A stretch of 64,000 bases of DNA from an uncultured Oscillospiraceae bacterium (GCA_964447605.1 CAYUTA010000004.1:15465-79464), one strand, 5' to 3'. Shown: positions 53,889 to 63,050, numbered from the stretch's first letter. The notes: generated by a model not told the origin, from the letters alone. Program-made: numbers and translations.

Positions 53889-55112
53889 ATGAAACTGAGA
53901 AAATATTTTAGAACGGAAACCTATTATGTCAGCCCTGCAAACTATGCAAACGAGGTGTTTGACCAGTACAAGCTGCCCCGCAAGGTGGAACTGCACGATT
54001 CCACCCTGCGCGATGGCGAACAGCAGGCAGGCGTCGCGTTTTCCAAAGCGGATAAGATCAAGATTGCCGAACTGCTTGCAGAGGCCGGCATCCATCGCAT
54101 TGAGGCCGGCATGCCCGCGGTTTCCAAATCGGATCAGGAGGCCATACAGGCCATTGTGAAAAGCAATTTCGGGCCGAAAATATTTGCATTTTCCCGCGCT
54201 GTGGAATCCGATATCCGGCTTGCCGCCGACCTCGGCGCGGACGGCGTTGTTGTCGAGATCCCCGTCAATGAAGAGTTGATCCGCTTCGGGTATTGCTGGC
54301 CGAAGGACAGGGCGGTCGATGCCGTGGTTTCCGCGACAAGGCTTGCGCATGCGCTTGGGATGCAGGTCGATCTGTTTTTGATGGATTCCTCCCGCCTTGC
54401 GAGCGATGATTTTGTAGCGCGCGTGCAAAAAATCAAGGAAGAAGGCTGGGTTGATTCGTGCAGCCTCGTCGATACGCAGGGCGTACTGTCCACCTCGGCG
54501 ACGCGTTTCCTCGTAAAGAACGCCGTTGAGAAGCTGCGCGTTCCGATCGAGGCACATTGTCACAACGATCTTGGTCTTGCGGTTGCAAACTCGCTGGCCG
54601 CCTTTGAAGCGGGCGCTTCGGCCATCCATACCACGGTGCTCGGCATTGGGCCGCGTGCGGGACAGGCCGCGACGGAGCAGGTCGCCCTTGCGCTTCGCCT
54701 GCTGTACGGCGCGGATATCGGCGTCAACCTGGAGAAATTGTATAGCCTCGGCCGGTCCGTGGGTGAAATTTCCAGATTTCAGTATCCGGTCAATCAGCCC
54801 ATTGTTGGCGATGTGTTGTATACGATTGAATCCGGCATGCCGGCGTCCTGGTGGCAAAACATTAAAAAGGAGCATCCGCTCGCGCTTTACGGCATCCTGC
54901 CACAGGCGGTGGCCCGTCCCGAAATCGAGATTGCGCTCGGCAAGAGCAGCGGGAACGCCTCCATCCGGTTCTGGCTTGAAAAGCGGAATCTGACGTTGAA
55001 AAACGATGAAAGCGTTGCGGAGATTCTTCAGAAGGTCAAGGAGAAGGCGACGGAGAAGAAGGGCGTTTTAAGCGAGCGGGAATTTCTTGCGATCATAGAG
55101 CCTTACGTATAG
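53889..55112 (+). CDS. DRE-TIM metallolyase (HMGL-like; short 2-isopropylmalate/homocitrate/citramalate synthase family)
   Basis: LHDSTLRDGEQ, RIEAG, and the metal site EAHCHNDLGLAVANSLAAFEAGASAIHTTVLGIG. It has 407 aa and lacks the LeuA regulatory domain. Confidence 0.8.
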   Translation: MKLRKYFRTETYYVSPANYANEVFDQYKLPRKVELHDSTLRDGEQQAGVAFSKADKIKIAELLAEAGIHRIEAGMPAVSKSDQEAIQAIVKSNFGPKIFAFSRAVESDIRLAADLGADGVVVEIPVNEELIRFGYCWPKDRAVDAVVSATRLAHALGMQVDLFLMDSSRLASDDFVARVQKIKEEGWVDSCSLVDTQGVLSTSATRFLVKNAVEKLRVPIEAHCHNDLGLAVANSLAAFEAGASAIHTTVLGIGPRAGQAATEQVALALRLLYGADIGVNLEKLYSLGRSVGEISRFQYPVNQPIVGDVLYTIESGMPASWWQNIKKEHPLALYGILPQAVARPEIEIALGKSSGNASIRFWLEKRNLTLKNDESVAEILQKVKEKATEKKGVLSEREFLAIIEPYV

Positions 55113-55115
55113 GGA

Positions 55116-56306
55116 GTGAAACGCATGAAGCAGGCATGGTTGAAGAATCGATATGCAATCGTCGGCGTGGGCATGACGCCGCAGGGGAAGGTTCCCGGCA
55201 GAAGCGCCGCGAGCTTTCATGTGGAGGCATGCATCAACGCTATGCAAGATGCCGGCCTTGGCAGGGACGCGATTGACGGCTTGCTGCTCTACCGGCACTT
55301 CGCCCCGCTCGACGGCGATATCGATACGACTGCATTTACGGTTGCGGAGCAGCTCGGCATGCGCCCAACGGCGCTGAGTCAGGAGGCGTATTGTACAAGA
55401 ACGTGGCTAACGCATGCCGTCGGGCTGCTCGAAACCGGGGTATGCAACTATGTGCTGGTATCCTATGGAGACAATGGGCGGTCATTCAGGCGCGCGTTTG
55501 TCAATGAACTGGATCACGGCAGGCCGACCGACGAGCTGGCTGCATACGGCGATTTTTCGACCATGGCCAAGTATGCCATGATCGCGCGTTCAGCCATGCA
55601 CGCTTATGGAACCGGCCCGCATATCTGGCGCAATATTGCCGTGGCCCAGCGCGCGTTTGCCAATTTAAACGAGCGTGCGTCGATGTATGGCAAGGCGCTT
55701 TCCAATCAAGACTATGATGCGTCGCCTTATATCGTCGAGCCGTTCCGCCTGCTGGATGCAACGCCCGTAACAGACGGCGGAAGGGCGCTCCTCCTCACCA
55801 CAATGGAGCGGGCGCGTGACCTGCGCTCCAGGCCGGTTGCGCTGCTTGGGTTCGGGCAGGCCAACATGCCGGCCGCACCAAGCCGCATGACGTTTGAGGA
55901 CTCGCAATATGCGGCAAAAACCGCCTGCATGGCCGCGCTTTCCATGTCCGGCATTTCCCTTGAGGAGATCGATTGCTGCGAGATTTACGACTGCTTTACC
56001 TACACGGTGGAGGCAACGCTGCGTGATTACGGGTTTTTCAAACCGGATGAAGCGGAAGCGTTTTTGTCGGCGGCGCGCATTGGCCCCGGCGGCGCGCTGC
56101 CGGTCAACACCTCGGGCGGCATGCTGTCGGAAGGTTACTTTATGGGGTTGACGCCGGTAACCGAAGCGGTGCTGCAGCTGCGCGGCGCATGCGGCGCACG
56201 CCAGCTTGGCACGCTGCCGGGCACAAAAAAGCCAGAACGGATTCTTTGCAGTGACAATGGCGGCGTTTTCCAAAGCCACTGCACGATTGTACTTGGAGGG
56301 ACGTGA
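55116..56306 (+). CDS. thiolase-like protein (SCP-x/DUF35-partner type) with non-canonical active-site residues
   Basis: SCP-x-type thiolase layout (YAIVGVGMTP; NTSGG; QLRG..G.RQ). It reads EIYDCF where SCP-x thiolases have HDCF, and SEGYFMG where thiolases have GHP. Cys93 sits at the nucleophile position but in CTRT rather than CASG. An alternative start is ATG 55125. Confidence 0.75.
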   Translation: MKRMKQAWLKNRYAIVGVGMTPQGKVPGRSAASFHVEACINAMQDAGLGRDAIDGLLLYRHFAPLDGDIDTTAFTVAEQLGMRPTALSQEAYCTRTWLTHAVGLLETGVCNYVLVSYGDNGRSFRRAFVNELDHGRPTDELAAYGDFSTMAKYAMIARSAMHAYGTGPHIWRNIAVAQRAFANLNERASMYGKALSNQDYDASPYIVEPFRLLDATPVTDGGRALLLTTMERARDLRSRPVALLGFGQANMPAAPSRMTFEDSQYAAKTACMAALSMSGISLEEIDCCEIYDCFTYTVEATLRDYGFFKPDEAEAFLSAARIGPGGALPVNTSGGMLSEGYFMGLTPVTEAVLQLRGACGARQLGTLPGTKKPERILCSDNGGVFQSHCTIVLGGT

Positions 56307-56731
56307 CCATGGGAGAGCGTGCGTATTCCCGTCTTTTGCAGAAATTTCCGCCGGAAGCGGAGCCGTTCAAAGAAGGGCTTCAACAAAAGCGTCTGCTGAT
56401 TATGCAGTGCGGCGACTGCGGCGCATTTCGCCTGCCGCACGGCATCGCCTGCCCGCAGTGCGGCGGCATGGCCTATCGCTGGAAAAAGGTGACCGGCGCG
56501 GGGGAGGTGGATTCGTTTGTGATATTCCACCGCGCGTTCCACCCTGGAGCCGGACCGACGCCGCCCTATGTAGTGGCGAGAATACGGCTGAAGGAAAACA
56601 TCTTCTTTTTGGCAAACATTGTGGGGCTTGCGCCGGATATGGTATACTGTGGACAGAAAGTTACGCTACATTGGGAAGCAAACGGCGAATGTGGATACTT
56701 GCCGCAATTTCGGCCCGCGGCAGCCCAGTAA
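56303..56731 (+). CDS. DUF35 OB-fold/zinc-ribbon protein (thiolase partner)
   Basis: Rubredoxin-like CGDCG..CPQCG followed by an OB-fold (GEVDSFVIFHRAFHPG). Shows a 4-nt overlap with the thiolase-like gene. Confidence 0.85.
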   Translation: MTMGERAYSRLLQKFPPEAEPFKEGLQQKRLLIMQCGDCGAFRLPHGIACPQCGGMAYRWKKVTGAGEVDSFVIFHRAFHPGAGPTPPYVVARIRLKENIFFLANIVGLAPDMVYCGQKVTLHWEANGECGYLPQFRPAAAQ

Positions 56732-56753
56732 CGATTGATAAAGGAGATGTGCC

Positions 56754-57428
56754 ATGGCATTGCTTGCTGAAAACAAAGCGATTCTTTCGGAGCAGATTGT
56801 ACAAAAAATCATTGATGAGATTAAATGCGGCAATCTCAGGCCCGGTGAAAAGCTGCCGACGGAAAAGCAGCTTGTCGATTTGTTTCAGGTAAGCAGAATC
56901 ACGGTCCGCGAGGCGCTGCGTACGCTGAAGGTCATGAACATCATCGATATCAAGCAGGGCAAAGGCGCGTTTATAACATCAACCGACGTAAACCTTTTGA
57001 TCGATCAGCTGGATTTCGTATTCCTGCTGGAGAAAACCACCATTTCCCAATTGTTTGAGGCGAGGCGCGCGCTGGAACCGCAGATTGCCGCCATTGCGGC
57101 GGCGCGTATCACAGACGAAGAGGTTGCCGAAATGCGCGTCATGAGCCAACAGGATGGATATGATATTCTTCTCCATCAGAAAATCGCCGAGTGTACGAAA
57201 AACCCCGTGCTTGTGCGGTTTGTGTCCAGCATCTGGAGCATGGGCGAGATCAGCCGCCAGATGACGTCCAAAATTCCGGGTGTGAAAACGGTTGCATATT
57301 CACAACATGCGGCGCTGATTGAAGCATTGGCCGCCCATGACGGCAATCAGGCGCGGGCATTGATGTCAAAGCATCTGGAATTTGTTGAGAATACCTATCG
57401 AATGAATAATCCGGGAACAGAAAATTAG
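56754..57428 (+). CDS. GntR family transcriptional regulator, FadR/FCD subfamily
   Basis: wHTH LRPGEKLPTEKQLVDLFQVSRITVREALRTL plus an all-helical FCD domain (LFEARRALEPQIAAIAA). Confidence 0.9.
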   Translation: MALLAENKAILSEQIVQKIIDEIKCGNLRPGEKLPTEKQLVDLFQVSRITVREALRTLKVMNIIDIKQGKGAFITSTDVNLLIDQLDFVFLLEKTTISQLFEARRALEPQIAAIAAARITDEEVAEMRVMSQQDGYDILLHQKIAECTKNPVLVRFVSSIWSMGEISRQMTSKIPGVKTVAYSQHAALIEALAAHDGNQARALMSKHLEFVENTYRMNNPGTEN

Positions 57429-57769
57429 CCGCAGCAAACATACCGCCTGTGAGCCTGCGCCGAAAACCGGCTCCGGCGGCAAACCGCACGGGAAAACCGC
57501 CCCAATTGGGCGATTCGCTTGGGCGAATAAATCGCCGGAGCCGGAATCGGCCGGTTCAGCGCTTTTGGGCGGCTTCGATCTGCCCGGTTTGCTGCACCAT
57601 CCCGGATCCGCTTCGCCGGACTGCCGAATGTATGCTTGCCTTTGTACGGGTGTGGGCGCTTCGTGCGGGGGTATTCTGAGGCGGTCAATCGCGCGGGAAC
57701 CGACGGATCCGTCGCGTTTGCGGCCGGCCCCCTTTCCCCGCCGCTCCCGGCTTATAAGAACCGCAGGAG

Positions 57770-58903
57770 CTATCGGCACATGCCGGCTGAAAGCAGGCGG
57801 CCGCGCACATACACGGATTTGATATCCAAAGCAGCATCCAGCAATACAAGATCAGCCGGAAAGCCCGTCTGAATGAACCCGCGCTCTGCATCCAGCCGCG
57901 TTGCCCGCGCCGGATTGTGCGTTGCGGCAGCGACCGCAGTCTCGAGCGGAACCCCGAACCGTACGGCGTTTTTCAGCGCATCGTGCACGGTGATAACCGA
58001 GCCCGCGAGCGTATCGGAGCCGCACAGCGTGCAGCGGCCGTTTTGGAGCGTAATCGGCTGGCCGCCGAGCTCGTATGCGCCGTCCGGCATGCCCGCGCAG
58101 CGCAGCGAATCGCTAATCAGCACAATGCGCTCCGGGAACAGCCGGAAAGCCGCGCGGACCGCAGATGGATGCACATGCAGCCCATCGCAAATCAGCTCCG
58201 CATAGGCGCCTGCATCCATACCCGCGCCGATGGGGCCGGGCGCGCGGTGCGCGAGGCCGTTCATGCCGTTATAAAGGTGCGTAAGCTCCGTTGCGCCCGC
58301 GGCAAAGCCGGCGGCCGCAGCGTCATAGCCTGCGGCGGTGTGTCCGACGGCGACGGTGCAGCGCGCTGCTGCGGCGTGCTTGATAAACGGAATCGCGTTC
58401 GGCTCTTCGGGCGCGACGGTCACCATACGCACCCGGTTGCCGGAAGCCGTGTTGACCCGGTCGAAAAAGGCGGCGTCCGGCGCATGCAGATCGTCCGCGA
58501 ACTGTGCGCCCCGCTTGGCGTAGGAGAGGAACGGTCCCTCCATGAACATGCCAGCGCAATCGGCCATTCCGGGTTCGGGCGCAAACGCGGCGATGGCTTC
58601 CGCCGCGGCACAGAGCGTATTGAGCGGCAGCGTCATGGTTGTGGCAAGAAAGCTCGTTACGCCATGCGCGGCATAGTGACGCGCCATCTTCGGCAGATCG
58701 TCCGCCACGCCGTCGCTGAAATCACAGCCTATCGCGCCGTGTGTATGCACGTCGATAAGGCCCGGCAGAAGATATTGCCCGGCCGCATCAATGCCGTCTT
58801 CATCCGGAAAATGTCCGATCTGCGTGATGAAATCGGTGAAACGCACGTCATATTTTACAAAATGTCCGTCCGGCAAAAATACGTTCGCGTGTTTAATCAG
58901 CAT
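57770..58903 (-). CDS. nagA: N-acetylglucosamine-6-phosphate deacetylase
   Basis: AAGGAGG SD. LLPGLIDVHTHG, VTVAPE, VAVGHTAA, THLYNGM, ELICDGLHVHP and VLISDS are canonical NagA motifs. Confidence 0.9.
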   Translation of the reverse strand: MLIKHANVFLPDGHFVKYDVRFTDFITQIGHFPDEDGIDAAGQYLLPGLIDVHTHGAIGCDFSDGVADDLPKMARHYAAHGVTSFLATTMTLPLNTLCAAAEAIAAFAPEPGMADCAGMFMEGPFLSYAKRGAQFADDLHAPDAAFFDRVNTASGNRVRMVTVAPEEPNAIPFIKHAAAARCTVAVGHTAAGYDAAAAGFAAGATELTHLYNGMNGLAHRAPGPIGAGMDAGAYAELICDGLHVHPSAVRAAFRLFPERIVLISDSLRCAGMPDGAYELGGQPITLQNGRCTLCGSDTLAGSVITVHDALKNAVRFGVPLETAVAAATHNPARATRLDAERGFIQTGFPADLVLLDAALDIKSVYVRGRLLSAGMCR

Positions 58904-58916
58904 GGAAAGGCCCTCC

Positions 58917-60290
58917 TTACAGCATTGGCAAGCTGGCCGCCGCAACCGACTGGCCGACCCGACGCGATTTTTCGTCCGGCAGATGCAGCGTAATCTGTTC
59001 GGCAACTACGGGGTATTCTTCGCGGAGCACGCGCAGCGCGTGCTCGACGAGCGTTTCGCCGCCCTTGCCAGAGAGCACGCGGCCAAGCAGCAAAACGTTT
59101 GCAAAACCGTACAGCGCGCGGTAGAACGGAAGCGTATGCGCCAGGTATACGCCGATATCGGCAAATACCTGTAGGGCGCGGGCGTCGCCGGTATCGGCAA
59201 GCTGCTGCACGATTTTGAGCTTTTCTGCGGGGGACGCCGCCCCTGCCAACGGAATACCCGCGACATTTGCAAGCTTCACCACGCCGTCCTGCGAAAAGTA
59301 CTTGCAGCCGACGCCGATATCACCCGACCACTCGTCCATCATGGCGGCCGGGTTGAAATCCACGGGCGCGAATGCGAGCTCGTTGAGCCAGCCGGTGATA
59401 TTGCCCTGCGCGTCCACGAAGCCCACGGCCTCGCTCGTCCCCATCGCAATGCCGAGCACATTGTTTGCGCCCAGGCTCATCGCGCCGGCAAGGGCGGTCA
59501 CGTCGCCGTCGTTGCAGACGGTCACGGGCACGTCGCCAATCTCCCTGGCAGCGCGCAGATAGATATCCTTGACCTGCTCATTGAACGCCTTTTCGGGCAC
59601 CTGGAGGAACAGCGACGCGACCATCGTGCGGTTATTGATGAATACGCCCGCGCTCGAAACGCCGATGGCGTCCACGCGCGGCATGTGGCTTGCGGCGGTC
59701 TTGAACGCGGACACGATGCCGTCGTAATGATACTGCGGGTCGGCGTTCGTTTTCGGGTGCCAAACGACCTCCTCGGCGTAGACGGGTTCGCCGTCGATTA
59801 CGGCGCTGACCTTGCGATCGGAACCGCCCGCGTCAAATCCAATGCGGCAACCGTCGAGATGCCGCCCCACAGGCAGAGACGCATCCTGCTCGGCGGGCAG
59901 CTTGTCCACGCGCACGACGGTCAGCGGCCGCTCGAACACGCGGGTCATGAAGTGGTAATCAAAGGCGCGTTCGCCGTCGGGCGCGTATGCGTGGATGAGC
60001 CGGTTGCACAGCGCCTCGTCTCCGCACAGCTCGATGCGGTAGCCGCCCTTCATCCAAAGCATGGCTTTGACGAGCCGGTCAAGATAGACGGCGTCCGCTC
60101 CGCGCATCTCCGACGCACCGTGAATATGCGTATTTACAACCGCTGTATGCGCATCCCCGCGGACAAGCGCTATGCCGAAAGGAACCGTCGCCGTTTTTTC
60201 AAACGCCTCGTTGAAGGCTTGTACCGGCATGAACGCCGGATCATAAACGGGAACGTTCTTGATATCAAATGGAATATTCAAATAATTCAT
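58917..60290 (-). CDS. divergent ROK-like (ASKHA) sugar kinase with ~165-aa N-terminal extension
   Basis: Phosphate-1-like motif RIGFDAGGSDRKV, plus VCNDGDVTALAGA and LGIAMGTSEAVGFV. No CxCGxxGC zinc motif or EIGH is present. Sits between nagA and the esterase gene in the sialate cluster. Confidence 0.65.
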   Translation of the reverse strand: MNYLNIPFDIKNVPVYDPAFMPVQAFNEAFEKTATVPFGIALVRGDAHTAVVNTHIHGASEMRGADAVYLDRLVKAMLWMKGGYRIELCGDEALCNRLIHAYAPDGERAFDYHFMTRVFERPLTVVRVDKLPAEQDASLPVGRHLDGCRIGFDAGGSDRKVSAVIDGEPVYAEEVVWHPKTNADPQYHYDGIVSAFKTAASHMPRVDAIGVSSAGVFINNRTMVASLFLQVPEKAFNEQVKDIYLRAAREIGDVPVTVCNDGDVTALAGAMSLGANNVLGIAMGTSEAVGFVDAQGNITGWLNELAFAPVDFNPAAMMDEWSGDIGVGCKYFSQDGVVKLANVAGIPLAGAASPAEKLKIVQQLADTGDARALQVFADIGVYLAHTLPFYRALYGFANVLLLGRVLSGKGGETLVEHALRVLREEYPVVAEQITLHLPDEKSRRVGQSVAAASLPML

Positions 60291-60320
60291 GGTTGCACCG
60301 TCCTTTCTTCGCGCTTCGGC

Positions 60321-60965
60321 TTAAACTGGGGTCTTGTGTATGCAGGCGCAGATGGCGGCGGCCAGCGCGGCGTGACCGGCGTGATTGAGGTGCACGCCGT
60401 CCTCGTCGCCTGCCTGCACGATGGACGCGGCGTCCAGAAAACCGCAGTGGAGCGTCTCCGCAACATGCCGGCAGACAGGGGCAAGCGCATGTGACCTTGC
60501 GACTGCGCCCATTCCGTAGGAATCCAAAAAAGGTGCGTTTTGCAGCGATTCCCGGATATGTGGCGGAGCGATAATCAGAATCTTCAGCGCACGTCCATCC
60601 GTTTCGGAGATGTACGTCCGCGCCGTTTTGACCAGCAGCCCCATGCCGAGGCCGATATCCGATACAGGCACGCCAAAACGGAGCTTCAGGTCGTTTGTTC
60701 CGAGCATGAGTATGAGCATGTCCAACGGGCGCGTCCGTTCGAGCGCCGGAAGCAGCAGCGCCTTGCCGTTGCGATCGTCGGCCGTGGGGTCGTCGAATAC
60801 CGTCGTGCGGCTGTTCATGCCGTCCTCAAACACCTGGTAGCCGGAACCCAATAATTGCTGCAGGCGCCCCGTCCAGCGCACGCTGAACGGATATCGGCCG
60901 CCTTCGGGGCTGGCCCTGTAGCCCCATGTGTTGGAATCGCCATAGCAAAGGATTGTTTTCATCAT
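60321..60965 (-). CDS. SGNH/GDSL hydrolase family esterase (candidate sialate O-acetylesterase)
   Basis: Block I ILCYGDSNTWGY, block III GTND, and a C-terminal D..H (DGVHLNHAGH). The role is inferred from context. Confidence 0.75.
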   Translation of the reverse strand: MMKTILCYGDSNTWGYRASPEGGRYPFSVRWTGRLQQLLGSGYQVFEDGMNSRTTVFDDPTADDRNGKALLLPALERTRPLDMLILMLGTNDLKLRFGVPVSDIGLGMGLLVKTARTYISETDGRALKILIIAPPHIRESLQNAPFLDSYGMGAVARSHALAPVCRHVAETLHCGFLDAASIVQAGDEDGVHLNHAGHAALAAAICACIHKTPV

Positions 60966-60973
60966 TCGTCCTA

Positions 60974-61825
60974 TTATAAATGCTTGTCGGTTAACGCCGT
61001 GGCAATGCGTTCCCGGTTATGCTCCGCGGTGCCGGGGTCGCGCCGCATCAGCTCGTTGAACAGTACGTCCACCACAAACAGCTGCGCCACGCGCGCCGGA
61101 ACGGAGCCGTGCTGGAGCGGGCTCTCGTTCGTGCCGCACAGCAGCACACAGTCGGCATAGGCCACGCCCGGGGACCTGGCAAACCGCGATATGAGAATGA
61201 CCCTGGTGCCCTGCGTTTTGCAAAGCCGCATGATATCCATCATATCCTTGGTCGCGCCCGAGTAGGAGAAATACAGCACAACGTCGCGTTTTGTCAGCAG
61301 AGACACTGCCGCCGCCTGCAGGTGCGAATCCTGAATAATGAAGAAGTGCGAGGAGACGGTCGAAAACAAACTGCAAGCCTCCTGCGCAATCGTCAGCGAT
61401 CCGCCCTGCCCCAGGCAATAGACCTTATCGGCATTGTACAGCATATCCGCGGCTCTTTGCATGTGTGCTTCGTCCAGCTTTTGCATCGTCTGCGTCAGGG
61501 CGGTCACGTTGGCGGAAAACAGCTTCTGGCACATGTTGGAAAAATTGTCGTCCGCAGCAACGTCCCCCTCCGCATAATCGGCGGGAATCGCGTCGCTGCG
61601 GGGGGTGGCCGCCGCAGTGGCCAGCGAGAGCTTGAAATCATTGTAGCCCTTGAGTCCCAGATCCCGGCAGAAGCGGGAAATCGTCGCATCAGCAACGCCG
61701 CATTCCGCCGCGAGCTCCGATATGGACATATACTGCACCTCGATGCGGTGCTGCATGACATAATCGGCGACCTTTTTCTCGGCCTTTGTCATGGAAAAAT
61801 AGTGATCGTTAATGCTCGTAAACAT
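60974..61825 (-). CDS. MurR/RpiR family transcriptional regulator
   Basis: HTH_6 region (MTKAEKKVADYVMQHRIEVQYMSISELAAECGVADATISRFCR) plus a SIS domain. Start chosen at ATG 61825. Confidence 0.85.
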   Translation of the reverse strand: MFTSINDHYFSMTKAEKKVADYVMQHRIEVQYMSISELAAECGVADATISRFCRDLGLKGYNDFKLSLATAAATPRSDAIPADYAEGDVAADDNFSNMCQKLFSANVTALTQTMQKLDEAHMQRAADMLYNADKVYCLGQGGSLTIAQEACSLFSTVSSHFFIIQDSHLQAAAVSLLTKRDVVLYFSYSGATKDMMDIMRLCKTQGTRVILISRFARSPGVAYADCVLLCGTNESPLQHGSVPARVAQLFVVDVLFNELMRRDPGTAEHNRERIATALTDKHL

Positions 61826-61844
61826 GTGGGAGGCCCCCGTTTTG

Positions 61845-63050
61845 TTAAAATTTCCGCAGTATTTGGTCAATCATCCTGTCGGCCATGATCAAGCTGCGGG
61901 GAAGATGAAACGGCCCTTTGAAGGTGCTGCCCTTGGTGGGCGGCATGGTCGGCTTGCCGTCGCGGCGAAGATACCCGTACCATTCGCCGTACGCGGGATC
62001 GCCGAATACGGTTTGACAGTAAGTAAGCGTTCTGTCAAACCAGTCGAGGTATCCCTGCTTCCCGGTGTCGCGGTAGGCCATGAGCGACGCGATCAGGATC
62101 TCGTTGTGCGGCCACCAAAGCTTCATATCGTGCTCATAGGCTTCCGTCGGCTTGCCCAAACAGTCGATAAAGTATAGCAATCCGCCGTACTCCCTGTCCC
62201 AGCCCGCCTCAATGGCGTTGGTAAACATCGCTTCGGCGTTTGCATGCAGCGCCGCGTCGCCCGTGCGGTTGGCGTGCTCCATGAGGAACCAGCTGCATTC
62301 AATGTCGTGCCCGGGGTTGACGATGCGTCCGACGGTGACGTCGCTCCAAAACTCGCCGTTCATACCGACGTTTTCGAGCGTGCAGCGCATGTCGGGCTTG
62401 ACGTGGTAGCGGAAAATCGTATCGACGCATTCCGCAGCCCGTTCGTCGTACTCCTTCTTATGCGCGGGGTCGACGCGCGAGAGCACGCTCGTAAGGTTGA
62501 GATAGATCATCGGGTCGGCCAGCGCGCGGCCGCTGCGCGTCTCCGGTATGCCCTTGGGCCCAAGCCCCGTGGGATCGGGCGCGCCGTGGTTGAGCGCATA
62601 GATCAGCTCGTAAGCCCGCCTTGCGCGCGCGAGGCAGGCGGCGTCGCCGGTCACCCCGTAGTATTCCGCGTTTGCGATGGCGTAGAAGCCCTCCGAGAAG
62701 CAGTACCGCCGCTGGCGCAGGGGCTTGCCCTCCGCCGTTACCTGAAAATACATCCGTCCGCCCGCGCTGCGGTTGATGCAGTGCGCCTCCATGAAGTCAA
62801 GGCAGCTTTTGCCGGCAGCAAGCCACGCGTCGCGTTTGCCGTACTGCGCGCACAGGTACGCAAATATCCAGCCACAGCGCCCCTGCATCCATACGCTCTT
62901 ATCCGTCGAGTAGAGGCTGCCCGCGCGGTCGAGGCATGTATATACGCCGCCGTGCACGGGGTCCATGCCGTGCGTAAGCCAGAAATCGACGCAGCGCGCA
63001 AGCTCGTCGCGCACATAGGCCTGCACGTTCGTAAAATATGATTGATCCAT
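61845..63050 (-). CDS. AGE family N-acylglucosamine 2-epimerase
   Basis: AGGAGG SD. ELARCVDFWLTHGMDPVHGG, DKSVWMQGR and WWPHNE are typical of the (alpha/alpha)6 AGE epimerases. Confidence 0.8.
   Translation of the reverse strand: MDQSYFTNVQAYVRDELARCVDFWLTHGMDPVHGGVYTCLDRAGSLYSTDKSVWMQGRCGWIFAYLCAQYGKRDAWLAAGKSCLDFMEAHCINRSAGGRMYFQVTAEGKPLRQRRYCFSEGFYAIANAEYYGVTGDAACLARARRAYELIYALNHGAPDPTGLGPKGIPETRSGRALADPMIYLNLTSVLSRVDPAHKKEYDERAAECVDTIFRYHVKPDMRCTLENVGMNGEFWSDVTVGRIVNPGHDIECSWFLMEHANRTGDAALHANAEAMFTNAIEAGWDREYGGLLYFIDCLGKPTEAYEHDMKLWWPHNEILIASLMAYRDTGKQGYLDWFDRTLTYCQTVFGDPAYGEWYGYLRRDGKPTMPPTKGSTFKGPFHLPRSLIMADRMIDQILRKF

Noticed and set aside
53574-54875. 433-aa minus-strand ORF over the permease and HMGL-like genes
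   Set aside because: It is a shadow ORF opposite genes with canonical motifs (RDGEQ, HxH), with no start context.
57917-58993. 358-aa plus-strand ORF opposite nagA
   Set aside because: It is a shadow ORF. nagA on the minus strand carries all canonical deacetylase motifs and a strong SD.
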